A stretch of 64,000 bases of DNA, taken from IMG/VR virus record IMGVR_UViG_3300029288_000159, positions 7,498 through 71,497 of that record; one strand, given 5' to 3'. The position numbers and the translations under genes were made by a program. The notes beneath the pieces were generated by a model. The model saw only the letters and a list, made by a program, of their open reading frames with translations, searched no databases and was not told where the DNA came from. This document shows positions 9,160 to 17,782 of this stretch, in pieces. Each line of letters begins with the position of its first letter. Position 1 is the stretch's first letter. The stretch comes from a virus. Lineage: Duplodnaviria > Caudoviricetes.

Positions 9160-9819
9160 ATGTCGGCAACATATGACGTATGGGGACCTGTCGAAAGTGG
9201 TCTCTTTGAGGCATACTATGAGGCGGGGCAGGGATATACCATGTCAGGGGGAGGAGTCCAATATTGGGATGATCTAACTGGACATGGTCACACTTTTGGA
9301 TTCCAGATATTGCCGACCCCGATAGCGTCAGACGCTGCATATGATGGCCGGCCGACACTTGACATGTCCCCTAACTGTTACGGGTTTTCTACTGGGTGGG
9401 CTGGCTTTTCAAACCCAGTGACCATATTTGTTGCCGGAGAATGCCATGGCTCTTCAGGCGGATTCATATCATTGGCTAGTTACGCTGACGGGTTATTGTA
9501 TGCATTATCATCCAGCACAGTGTCGCTGTATACGTCAGGTTTGCAGATAACAGATACCGGATTGGACGCGAACCCAACATGCCTAATAGGTGTCCTGAAT
9601 GGCGCGAGTAGCAGACTGTACGTTAAAACACGAACAGCAGTGACAGGTACAACTAAAGCCATTACGTCATCGAATGGCATATGGCTTGGGAAGTGGGGCA
9701 CAAGCCCATTGAATGGGAAAATAGCCTGTGCCGGGATTGCTCTGTCGCAATCTACGACGATGGACAATCTGATCATAAGGTGGATGGCCCATAGATATAA
9801 ATTGATTTTGAGGGCATGA
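9160..9819 (+). CDS. LamG/concanavalin-like domain protein
   Basis: WDDLTGHGH...DGRPTL...TIFVAG pattern seen in phage lectin-like domains. Confidence 0.5.
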   Translation: MSATYDVWGPVESGLFEAYYEAGQGYTMSGGGVQYWDDLTGHGHTFGFQILPTPIASDAAYDGRPTLDMSPNCYGFSTGWAGFSNPVTIFVAGECHGSSGGFISLASYADGLLYALSSSTVSLYTSGLQITDTGLDANPTCLIGVLNGASSRLYVKTRTAVTGTTKAITSSNGIWLGKWGTSPLNGKIACAGIALSQSTTMDNLIIRWMAHRYKLILRA

Positions 9820-10208
9820 TGAGCGAAGGACGCATGTATCAGATGACCCCGATGGGCATCAGGGAGGGCAATGGTCTCATCAAGCTCGACGTACCTGTCG
9901 AGAAGATGATCGATGTACGCCCCACGACAGTCTTCCAGCGCACCCCTGTGCAGCCTCCCGAGGAGGACGCCCCGGCGCAGGACATCAAGCCCTCAAAGTC
10001 CATCCCCACCAAGCTTCGTCCGGGCGACATCCTGAAGATGGCGCAAGCGCGTGTGCGCGAGATTCGCGTCGAATTGCGCGAGCATAAGCGCCTAGAGAAA
10101 GAGCTCGCAGAGCTCGAAAGACTCATCGCAGCCGCCAAGGCAACTCCTCTGGCAGCCGTCCGTCCAATCAATCCAGCCCGCCGAACCGGCGGAGGAGAAA
10201 AGCCATGA
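9816..10208 (+). CDS. Hypothetical coiled-coil protein
   Basis: Overlapping start/stop with neighbours. Confidence 0.55.
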   Translation: MMSEGRMYQMTPMGIREGNGLIKLDVPVEKMIDVRPTTVFQRTPVQPPEEDAPAQDIKPSKSIPTKLRPGDILKMAQARVREIRVELREHKRLEKELAELERLIAAAKATPLAAVRPINPARRTGGGEKP

Positions 10209-10579
10209 CTGCATACAGCGGCCTCGTCCGAGGCGTGAATCTCATCGCCGGCTCTCGTGGAGTTGGCAGCAACCACGCCTACGAACTCGCCATTGGCATC
10301 ACGCATGCGAGCGTTCCGGGCGACACCATCACAATCACCGGTGTGCCGGCGCGTATCCAAGAGAGCCGCAAGAGCGGGCGTACCTTCAACTATCTCTACG
10401 CCGTACCATTGAATCCTTGCGTCGATGCAAGCGGGAACAAAATCGGGTTCGGCGGGACAGCAATCGCCAATTCTAGCGGGACATTGACTCTCTACCTGGT
10501 AACCGATCAGGGAACCACAGCTGCCACCGCTACGGCGATGGAAGGTCTCTCGATTGCCGTGTTCGGCTACGACACCTGA
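10205..10579 (+). CDS. Hypothetical protein
   Basis: ATGA overlap and GGAG RBS. Confidence 0.55.
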   Translation: MTAYSGLVRGVNLIAGSRGVGSNHAYELAIGITHASVPGDTITITGVPARIQESRKSGRTFNYLYAVPLNPCVDASGNKIGFGGTAIANSSGTLTLYLVTDQGTTAATATAMEGLSIAVFGYDT

Positions 10580-10584
10580 GAGCC

Positions 10585-10725
10585 ATGCCTTTCAAGTCGA
10601 AAGCGCAAAAGGGCTATCTGTACGTGCATCATCCGACGGTAGCCAAAAAGTTCCAGGCAGACACATCGAAGAAGCAGGAAGCCAAACTGCCTGAGCACGT
10701 GAAGAAGAGCCCGAAGAAAAAGTAG
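10585..10725 (+). CDS. Small basic protein (46 aa, MPFKSKAQKGYLY...), below the ORF-track cutoff
   Basis: Manual translation; the MPFKSKAQ...LPEHV pattern resembles small proteins common in phage head regions. Confidence 0.65.
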   Translation: MPFKSKAQKGYLYVHHPTVAKKFQADTSKKQEAKLPEHVKKSPKKK

Positions 10726-10741
10726 GGTTGCCTTCGTTCCG

Positions 10742-10766
10742 GTAACGATCTGGATCGTTACTGTTT
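10742..10766 (+). terminator. Perfect hairpin GTAACGATC-TG-GATCGTTAC followed by TGTTT
   Basis: 9-bp inverted repeat, intergenic, just upstream of motif copy 3; short U tract. Confidence 0.45.
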
Positions 10767-10767
10767 C

Positions 10768-10794
10768 GCCGTCGCCGGGCGTCATACGGGCGAG
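10768..10794 (+). promoter_or_regulatory. Conserved upstream motif, copy 3 (GCCGTCGCCGGGCGTCATACGGGCGAG)
   Basis: 24/27 identical to copies 1 and 2; 9 nt before ATG 10804. Confidence 0.55.
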
Positions 10795-10803
10795 AAAGAA
10801 GCA

Positions 10804-11196
10804 ATGATGGCACATAACCATGCAACGCCTTCGGGCTTGTCAGTGTCGAGTGGTGGTCGTTTTCACACCGTCGATGACCTGCCGAATCACGCAAAGGAAG
10901 TAGTTCAGCAACAGTTACTTGCTCGACCTGAACTCGTCGCAGAGGGAATGCGAACGGTGCGAGCGATGCGCCTTGCCTCGTCGCTCAGGGAGGTGCTTGC
11001 GAAGCAGCTACATGCTCTGGTGGGTGGCGATAAGGTGAAGACGGCCTTCGCTGCTCTCGAGAGCCTTGTGGATCACGAGGACATGCTTGTTGTGCAGAAG
11101 GCAGAGCAGGAGAAGCGGGATGTGGCCCGGGCCAAATTCCTCGAGGATCAACAGAAGATAGAACAGGGGATGCAGAAAGCAGGTGGCCGGCGATGA
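10804..11196 (+). CDS. Hypothetical protein
   Basis: First gene after motif copy 3. Confidence 0.55.
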   Translation: MMAHNHATPSGLSVSSGGRFHTVDDLPNHAKEVVQQQLLARPELVAEGMRTVRAMRLASSLREVLAKQLHALVGGDKVKTAFAALESLVDHEDMLVVQKAEQEKRDVARAKFLEDQQKIEQGMQKAGGRR

Positions 11197-12332
11197 CCAC
11201 CATCTGTCTGTCGATGATCGTGCGCAACGAGGCGAAGGTCATCAAACGATGCCTCGCCTCGGTCAAGCGCCACATTGACAGCTACGCTATCGTCGACACG
11301 GGCTCGACCGATGGGACGCAGGACATCATTCGCGCTGAACTCTCCGGAATTCCCGGATACATCATCGACCGTCCGTGGGAGGATTTCGCAACAAATCGGA
11401 ATCAGGCTCTTCAGCTAGCGATGACCATCGGCGCTGACTTCGCGATGGTCATCGACGCCGACGAGGAGTTGCGATGGCCCGAAAAGGCCGACATGCGCTC
11501 GGTCCTCACGAAGCCTATCTACGGCATCAGCCTCCGGCTGACGGGGAGTAGCCAGACGTGGACACGGACGTTGTTGCTCCGCCTGAACCTCCCCTGGCGC
11601 TGGATTGGGAGAGTTCACGAATCCCTCGAGACGCCGGGTGTCGAGCTGGGTCCTCAGGACAAGGTGCTCTTCGGCAACGTCTACATCGCCAGCCATGGAG
11701 ACGGAGCCCGAAACTCGGGGAAAGACCGACGTGCAAAATATGCGCGCGACCTCAAGGTCCTGAAAAAAATGCTCCGAGAGGACAAGGATAATAAGGCCCG
11801 CACCCAGTATTATCTGGGACAGACATACATGGGCCTGTTCGACTGGGATCGAGCCATTGATGCTTACGAAAAGCGCATCGCGATGGGCGGATGGTTCGAG
11901 GAGGTCTACTCGAGCATGACCCAAATCGCGCTCATCATGGGCCTGCGGGGCGACCACTGGCACGATATCGCGCGCGCGTACGAGCGGGCATACGAGTACC
12001 GCCCAGAGCGTGCCGAGGCGCTATTCGAGCTCTGTGTGCTGCACAGGGACCAGGGCAATCACGCCCTGGCTGAGATGTATTCCCGGGCCGCCTGCCGCAT
12101 TCCCCGACCGTCGGATGTCCTTCTCGTGGACGAGGATGTCTATGCCTGGCGGGCTGCAGACGAACTTGCCGGTGCTCTGGCTCGAATGGGCCGCAAGGAG
12201 GAGGCGCAAGGAATCCTCCAGCGCCTCATCGACTTGAAGGGCCTCCCCGAAGAAGAGCGAGCTCGAGCCAGAGAGAATCTGGCGATGCTCGATGAGCCCC
12301 CCGAAGGCTCATCATCCCAAGCAGCTGCTTGA
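11193..12332 (+). CDS. Family 2 glycosyltransferase with C-terminal TPR repeats
   Basis: MIVRNEAKVIKRCL...VDTGSTDGT...DFATNRN...IDADE, followed by TPR-like helices. Confidence 0.88.
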   Translation: MTTICLSMIVRNEAKVIKRCLASVKRHIDSYAIVDTGSTDGTQDIIRAELSGIPGYIIDRPWEDFATNRNQALQLAMTIGADFAMVIDADEELRWPEKADMRSVLTKPIYGISLRLTGSSQTWTRTLLLRLNLPWRWIGRVHESLETPGVELGPQDKVLFGNVYIASHGDGARNSGKDRRAKYARDLKVLKKMLREDKDNKARTQYYLGQTYMGLFDWDRAIDAYEKRIAMGGWFEEVYSSMTQIALIMGLRGDHWHDIARAYERAYEYRPERAEALFELCVLHRDQGNHALAEMYSRAACRIPRPSDVLLVDEDVYAWRAADELAGALARMGRKEEAQGILQRLIDLKGLPEEERARARENLAMLDEPPEGSSSQAAA

Positions 12333-12516
12333 GCAACAATCCTTCGAAACAGATGCCTCCAAGACTGCGCACTTGCAGTCGACGCATCGGAGCGCAGGGC
12401 AATTGTCCTGCAAAACGCGCTGTCGGCACACCATAGGAAGTGAGTGTCGCAGCTGGGCCGTTCTGTGATTTTGAGCGGTCTGGCAATCGCAGACCGCTAC
12501 TTTGTAGGTCTGCATA

Positions 12517-13485
12517 ATGTATGTACTTAACCCCTTAGGTCCCGATGAGCAAACATATTTGCGCTACGGGAGGACGATACGACAGCTCGGGATTCGCAAA
12601 GGACTCCGTGTACTGTCTGATAGGTATGGCCGAGAACCGACGCCCAGCCCGCTAAGATGGCTCTGGTCACTGCTTGTTGCGGTCATGTTGCCGTGGCAAA
12701 GAGCTGTGCAATTCTGCGCACTTGCACTTGTCGGACCGGTCACATTCATTGCAGTAGAGCCTCTTCTCGGAGAGCGCGCCTATCTGGTTGCGATTCTGGC
12801 AGCGACTTCGCCCATTGTGTGGACGGTCGGTCGAAGGGTCCTCCAAGACGTTCCGGTAGCGATCATCGTTCTGCTCTGCCTCGGGTGTGCCGCGAGACAC
12901 GATGCGTTCTCGCTGAGCATCACTCTATTCTGTCTCCTGGCCTGCCGGGAAGCGGCCGTACTCATGGTGCCTGCCATTGTCACGGTCTGGCTGCTCACCG
13001 GCGGGCCGGTAGGCCCTCTGCTCTGGTCGATTGGAGCGTCAGGGACTGCCAGCCTCATTGCCTTGATAGTTCTCTTTGGAAAGCGCCTGCCGGGCCTCCT
13101 TAAACGATTCGCGACGGGAACCGATTGCGAGTACGCGCGCACCCACAAGGGGACCTATCACAGACTCCTTGTCGATCTCATGATGGTGTCGCCGCTCACG
13201 TGCATTCTGGCATGCGCTGGCTGGCACATCTCGCTTCCTATCACATGCGCCGCCATCACCATCATTGGCATTCACGCGGTGCTTCCAATACGCAATTTAC
13301 GATTCATCATTGCAGCCGATCTCCTACTCCGAGGTGTCGCTGCACTCGCAATCCCAATGTGGTGTCTCCCTATTCTCATTGGGGTGGACATCTGTATTGC
13401 CTACAAGATTAGAAACGTCTACGACCCCGTGACGTTCTCGCTGGCATCCGCTTTCGGTATGCCTAAGCAGATAGAAATGAAATAG
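12517..13485 (+). CDS. Polytopic membrane protein, GT-C/PMT-like glycosyltransferase candidate
   Basis: N-terminal DE pair (PDEQTY), many hydrophobic segments, REAAV motif; next to GT2. Confidence 0.5.
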   Translation: MYVLNPLGPDEQTYLRYGRTIRQLGIRKGLRVLSDRYGREPTPSPLRWLWSLLVAVMLPWQRAVQFCALALVGPVTFIAVEPLLGERAYLVAILAATSPIVWTVGRRVLQDVPVAIIVLLCLGCAARHDAFSLSITLFCLLACREAAVLMVPAIVTVWLLTGGPVGPLLWSIGASGTASLIALIVLFGKRLPGLLKRFATGTDCEYARTHKGTYHRLLVDLMMVSPLTCILACAGWHISLPITCAAITIIGIHAVLPIRNLRFIIAADLLLRGVAALAIPMWCLPILIGVDICIAYKIRNVYDPVTFSLASAFGMPKQIEMK

Positions 13486-13532
13486 GTTACGCGCCGGGGC
13501 CTCGAGTCCGTTAACGGCGAAAGGATAAAGCT

Positions 13533-14630
13533 ATGCCTGGATATTCACGGGCAACGATGCCCAGCGAGTTCTACGACATCACGAAGGACATGCTGCTCAG
13601 GCAGCCCGAGCCGCAGTACGTGTTTTGGCTTATGTTCCGTGATGCAATGCGCGTGCAACTCACGCCTCCATCGAGCATTGGATTGCAGCTGCCCGGTCGT
13701 ACGGTGGCAGGCGTCGGAGCGGACTATGTCACTCCAGAGCGAGACCGGCTCATGCTATCCGACCCGCTCACCACTGAGCTCATCGCCGCTAAGGTCGACT
13801 TCGCCGCTCTTCCTGGGCAGACGGTCCGCATCAATCGGCCGCTGTTCACGAACACAATCTATACCGAGGCGAGTCGCCGAATCGCTACTGGGTCGTCGAT
13901 TTCGACAACTCCCATCACGATTAGCGGGCAGCAAACCGACCTCACCCTCTTCCGCTATGCTGGTCCCTACGACACCGTGAACAGCTGCGTGGCGCCCTAC
14001 GCTATCGAGGCATTCGATGCGAATATGGGCGTACACAATGCCGCCCGCATCGTGGGCACTCACCTCGCTCGAGACTTCCATCGCTTCGTTGACGCTGTGC
14101 ATGTGGCGCTTCTCGATCTCAGTGCCACTACGGTCTACCCGGCCGGTATGACGGCGGACAATGATGCGACGACAGCCGGAGCGTTCCCATTCACGTACGC
14201 GCTTGTGTCGGACGTGGAACAGCAGATGGATACGGCGAATCTGCCGAGGTTCTCCGACGGTCATCGCATCATGGTTTGCACTCCAGTCCAGAAGCAACAA
14301 CTTCGGAATGATGTACAATACCAGCGCGCCAGCCAGTACTTCCGAGAGATGAACATCTTGTTCGGCCAGACCTACTTCGGGTCGGTCAACAACTTTCATC
14401 TCTTCGTGAACAACACCAACACCATCACGCCCAACGGATCGAGCGTCAACATCCACCACGGTTACGCCATGTGTCCAGGCGTTTTCCTCGGCGGCATGGG
14501 CCGACCTCCTGTCGTCATCCCGGCCAGCGATGACAACTACGGCGAGACCGTGAAGGTCATCTGGAAGGGTGACCTCTCATTCGGTCTGTCGGATGACCGA
14601 TTCGTGTATGGCGTGCACTCATCTGCCTAG
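13533..14630 (+). CDS. Major capsid protein
   Basis: 365 aa with PGQTVRINRP motif reminiscent of N4-gp56-type capsids; followed by head-tail genes. Confidence 0.8.
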   Translation: MPGYSRATMPSEFYDITKDMLLRQPEPQYVFWLMFRDAMRVQLTPPSSIGLQLPGRTVAGVGADYVTPERDRLMLSDPLTTELIAAKVDFAALPGQTVRINRPLFTNTIYTEASRRIATGSSISTTPITISGQQTDLTLFRYAGPYDTVNSCVAPYAIEAFDANMGVHNAARIVGTHLARDFHRFVDAVHVALLDLSATTVYPAGMTADNDATTAGAFPFTYALVSDVEQQMDTANLPRFSDGHRIMVCTPVQKQQLRNDVQYQRASQYFREMNILFGQTYFGSVNNFHLFVNNTNTITPNGSSVNIHHGYAMCPGVFLGGMGRPPVVIPASDDNYGETVKVIWKGDLSFGLSDDRFVYGVHSSA

Positions 14631-14679
14631 TCGCTAGGCGTTCAGTCATAGACAAGAACGTAAGCGAAAGGGAAAGACC

Positions 14680-15111
14680 ATGGGATATCGAAGATACAAC
14701 GTGAGTTCGACTTCGGGGAGCTTCTCCGGAGCAACCACGACGGCGGGCTACGGACCGGCTCTTTTCATCGGTGAGAACACGAGGCAGGTGCAAGATCTGT
14801 CGGCGTACGTGTCTCTCACTGGGACCATCACTGGCGCCACGATGGGCCTCAAATGGCAGGGCAGCAATGATGCGGCTACATGGGTCGACGTCGCGAATGG
14901 CCCCGCGAACACAGCAGCCACCGTGCTCATCACTGGCACAGGGACTGCGGCAAACGTCGCCAAATCCGTGGAAGCACCAGTTGGAGTCTACGGCTACAAG
15001 TACGCCCGGTCCGGCGTCGTTTGGACCTCCGCCACAGCAGGTGGAGCGACGGACGTCTACGCGATGGGCTACATCTATCGCCAGCGCGATCCTGGCGAAG
15101 TGCTGTTCTAG
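14680..15111 (+). CDS. Virion protein (possible head decoration)
   Basis: Small Gly/Thr/Ala-rich beta protein after the capsid gene. Confidence 0.5.
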   Translation: MGYRRYNVSSTSGSFSGATTTAGYGPALFIGENTRQVQDLSAYVSLTGTITGATMGLKWQGSNDAATWVDVANGPANTAATVLITGTGTAANVAKSVEAPVGVYGYKYARSGVVWTSATAGGATDVYAMGYIYRQRDPGEVLF

Positions 15112-15117
15112 GAGCTG

Positions 15118-15762
15118 GTGATGGCGCTCCTCGAAAGCGAATTGGAACTGATTCGCTGGGAATTGGGTTGGAATGCTCTCAGCGTAGGAGCCATCCCTTA
15201 CATCGGTATCGCAGCGATTTTCGAGAAGGTCGTCCAGCCATATCTGCTCTCTGGACTCATCACATACAGCTCCACGCAGGTGGTTGCGGCCGATACCCCA
15301 ACGGTCGTGGCCCTCACGCTTGGAGCTGTTTCAGGCACGAATACGCAGGGAACGGCGGTTGCCGTGCACGTAAACGACACCCTCGTTGTGGATGTAGCCT
15401 ACGCGCAGGAGACCGCCGTGGTCCAGGCAATTCGAGGCAACTCGGTCTCGGTCGAGTTGCGCTTTGCCCATTCCGGAACGTACCCCGTGACAGTGCAGGG
15501 AGGAGAGGCCATCGTGCGTTGGCTTCTCCGTCGGTGCTGGCTCATCCGAGAACGCATCGCGAACAGTGAATCACGAGCCGGCATCAAGAAGGTCGATGAG
15601 ATCGAGTTCTTCCAGGGCAAGGCTGGCGGTGGAACCACTTTCGAAGAACTCACCACGCGCCAGAAGTATTGGCGTTCCGAGTTGAAACGTATTCTGTTCG
15701 GCACAGGCGACCCGACGATCTCATCCATCTCAGGTGGTGGCTCGGGCATCTCGGTCTACTGA
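15118..15762 (+). CDS. Head-tail adaptor candidate
   Basis: Position; KKVDEIEF motif near the C-terminus. Confidence 0.5.
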   Translation: MMALLESELELIRWELGWNALSVGAIPYIGIAAIFEKVVQPYLLSGLITYSSTQVVAADTPTVVALTLGAVSGTNTQGTAVAVHVNDTLVVDVAYAQETAVVQAIRGNSVSVELRFAHSGTYPVTVQGGEAIVRWLLRRCWLIRERIANSESRAGIKKVDEIEFFQGKAGGGTTFEELTTRQKYWRSELKRILFGTGDPTISSISGGGSGISVY

Positions 15763-15764
15763 AC

Positions 15765-16253
15765 ATGGCCGCCCCTCCGTCCCCCACGTTCCGGGAAGAC
15801 ATCCTCCCGGATATCGACGACATCCGGGGCATCCCGAACGAGCTTGGTATACGCCTGTATACCGTCTCGCTTCGCACCACGATCTGGACGGGAGATGCGA
15901 CGCTCATCGGGATTGGACGAGGAACGAAGACCACCACCGAGACCCCCATCGTCCTCGCCAACGGCGCGCCCCCGAAGGTCCGTCGCGTCGGCTACAAGGA
16001 GACCATCGCGGCCGGCGGGAAGTACCAAGAGGGCGACTTCCGCATTGGGCCCTTCACGCCTCCGTATCAGTATGGCGGGGTGCCGTTTTCCCGCATGGCA
16101 CCCATCCCCACGGACGCCCGGAAGCATTATCACTTCATTCTGAAGGGTCCGGACCTCCCCGCTTCTGGGATGCTTTGCGAGCCCGTGCAGGAGGAGGCCG
16201 ACCGCAACTTCTCCCGTTATTTGGTCGTAAGACCGGAAGGAGTGGCGGCATGA
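15765..16253 (+). CDS. Head closure/stopper candidate
   Basis: Position; ATG 15765 follows the previous stop. Confidence 0.5.
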   Translation: MAAPPSPTFREDILPDIDDIRGIPNELGIRLYTVSLRTTIWTGDATLIGIGRGTKTTTETPIVLANGAPPKVRRVGYKETIAAGGKYQEGDFRIGPFTPPYQYGGVPFSRMAPIPTDARKHYHFILKGPDLPASGMLCEPVQEEADRNFSRYLVVRPEGVAA

Positions 16254-16280
16254 CTTCCCTTTTCTTGACCTCATCATGAG

Positions 16281-16778
16281 GTGCCAAAAAGGGAAGCCAT
16301 GATCGTCGCTGTCGTCAAGACCGCCGAAACCCGCCATGCAGCGGCCAGCATCTGTCGAGACCTCCTTGCCGGAGTCCCACATGTGCTCGACGGAGTGGTC
16401 ACGGAGGTTGCAGAGCACGCCCAGCAACACCCCGAATTCTACACGCCCCGCCACGGCATGGCAGGCCTCCAAGGAGCGACGAAGCATCGATTGATCGAGG
16501 CCAGCAGCGTCCGGGCAACCGCACGCGTGGAGAACGCCCGTCCCTATGCCGCGGCCGTCCACATGGGCGCCAAGCCGCATCCAATTGTGGCGAAGAACGC
16601 TCCCTTTCTCGTCTTCTTTTGGCCGAAAGTCGGCCATGTCGTTCACTTTCGTCGAGTCAATCACCCCGGAAACAAGCCGATGCCATTCCTACAGACTCCT
16701 GTGCGATACGGTGAGCAGAGGCTGGTCATCGCTCTCTACGACCTTCTCGGCAACGCGGTCCGCCGGTATTCGCGGTAA
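16281..16778 (+). CDS. HK97 gp10-like tail completion protein
   Basis: YAAAVHMG...RRVNHPGNKPMPFL motif. Confidence 0.7.
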   Translation: MPKREAMIVAVVKTAETRHAAASICRDLLAGVPHVLDGVVTEVAEHAQQHPEFYTPRHGMAGLQGATKHRLIEASSVRATARVENARPYAAAVHMGAKPHPIVAKNAPFLVFFWPKVGHVVHFRRVNHPGNKPMPFLQTPVRYGEQRLVIALYDLLGNAVRRYSR

Positions 16779-17533
16779 TGCTGGGGTACGGCTCATTTCA
16801 GTATGGCGGAGTCGTCTATCCGATTCCGGCCGTCGCAGCGGACACCAACCTCCTCGAGATATGCGATCCGGGACTCGGTGCGCTTCTGCAGTTCTTTCGG
16901 TCGCTTCTCGATGCATACGTTGGCCCAGTTCTTCTTAGCGCCGCGGCGAACGATCCAGAGATTACGGTCACTATCGGAAACATCCTTCCGCTCGACCCGC
17001 TTCGGATTGGCTCGCATACCACTTTCAAGTTCCCGATTCTCTGTGGATGGCGACTGAGCGCCGACTACGACAACCGCACGATTCCCTGGCGCCAAAGCAC
17101 ATCCAAGATTCGCGTCGCCTACGTCCTTCCTCCGCTCGACGCTGACCGTCTTCTCGCTCTCGATCCGATTCTGACCTCAGTCGAGCGAGTCATTGACCGG
17201 TCACTTTTCCAGGCATTCGACCCGAACTTCCTCGCTGGTCAGACGGTATTCACCGTTAATGGCATATGCAACGCGAAGCTCATCTCGACGACGCGAGGGC
17301 AGTACCAACTCGCCCAAGAGATCGACTTCGGTGCTGTCATTCTCGACCTTGAAGTCGAAGAGCGACAGATGCCTCACGTCTCGGGTGGACCGTTTACAGA
17401 CTCTCGTCTTCAGATTGATAACGCTTCCGATACCACTATCGACCCTGTGTTCCAGGTGGCTATCGGAGGCGAGATAGACGAGCGCGTGACCGGCACAGCA
17501 GCCGGTGTATTGCCAACACTATCCGGTTTCTAG
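16778..17533 (+). CDS. Tail terminator/completion candidate
   Basis: Position before the sheath; ends with a VTGTAAGVLPTL repeat unit. Confidence 0.5.
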   Translation: MLGYGSFQYGGVVYPIPAVAADTNLLEICDPGLGALLQFFRSLLDAYVGPVLLSAAANDPEITVTIGNILPLDPLRIGSHTTFKFPILCGWRLSADYDNRTIPWRQSTSKIRVAYVLPPLDADRLLALDPILTSVERVIDRSLFQAFDPNFLAGQTVFTVNGICNAKLISTTRGQYQLAQEIDFGAVILDLEVEERQMPHVSGGPFTDSRLQIDNASDTTIDPVFQVAIGGEIDERVTGTAAGVLPTLSGF

Positions 17534-17543
17534 GAGAGGCCAC

Positions 17544-17780
17544 ATGGTTGCATTTGCTGATCTGCTCGTCCGAGCGGTGCCGGGGATCTGCGTCTGCAGG
17601 ACGCCGATCTCATCGATGAAAATTGCATACATCGGGCGTCGCTACGACCCACACGGGGACTCGACCAAACTTGAATCTGAATTCCCTATCCTGCCAGAGG
17701 GTGAACGGGTGAAGTCTTCACAATTTATCCGTAAGGCTATTGCCGACGGCGAGCTTGTCGAGCTCGGGAAAGTAGGCTGA
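17544..17780 (+). CDS. Small protein upstream of sheath
   Basis: AGGAG RBS; equivalent position to the small Mu-like pre-sheath gene. Confidence 0.55.
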   Translation: MVAFADLLVRAVPGICVCRTPISSMKIAYIGRRYDPHGDSTKLESEFPILPEGERVKSSQFIRKAIADGELVELGKVG

Positions 17781-17782
17781 CA

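Noticed and set aside
12312-12515. Cys-rich reverse ORF resembling a metallothionein or RiPP precursor
   Set aside because: No clear RBS and it overlaps the GT2 stop on the opposite strand; cannot be supported.
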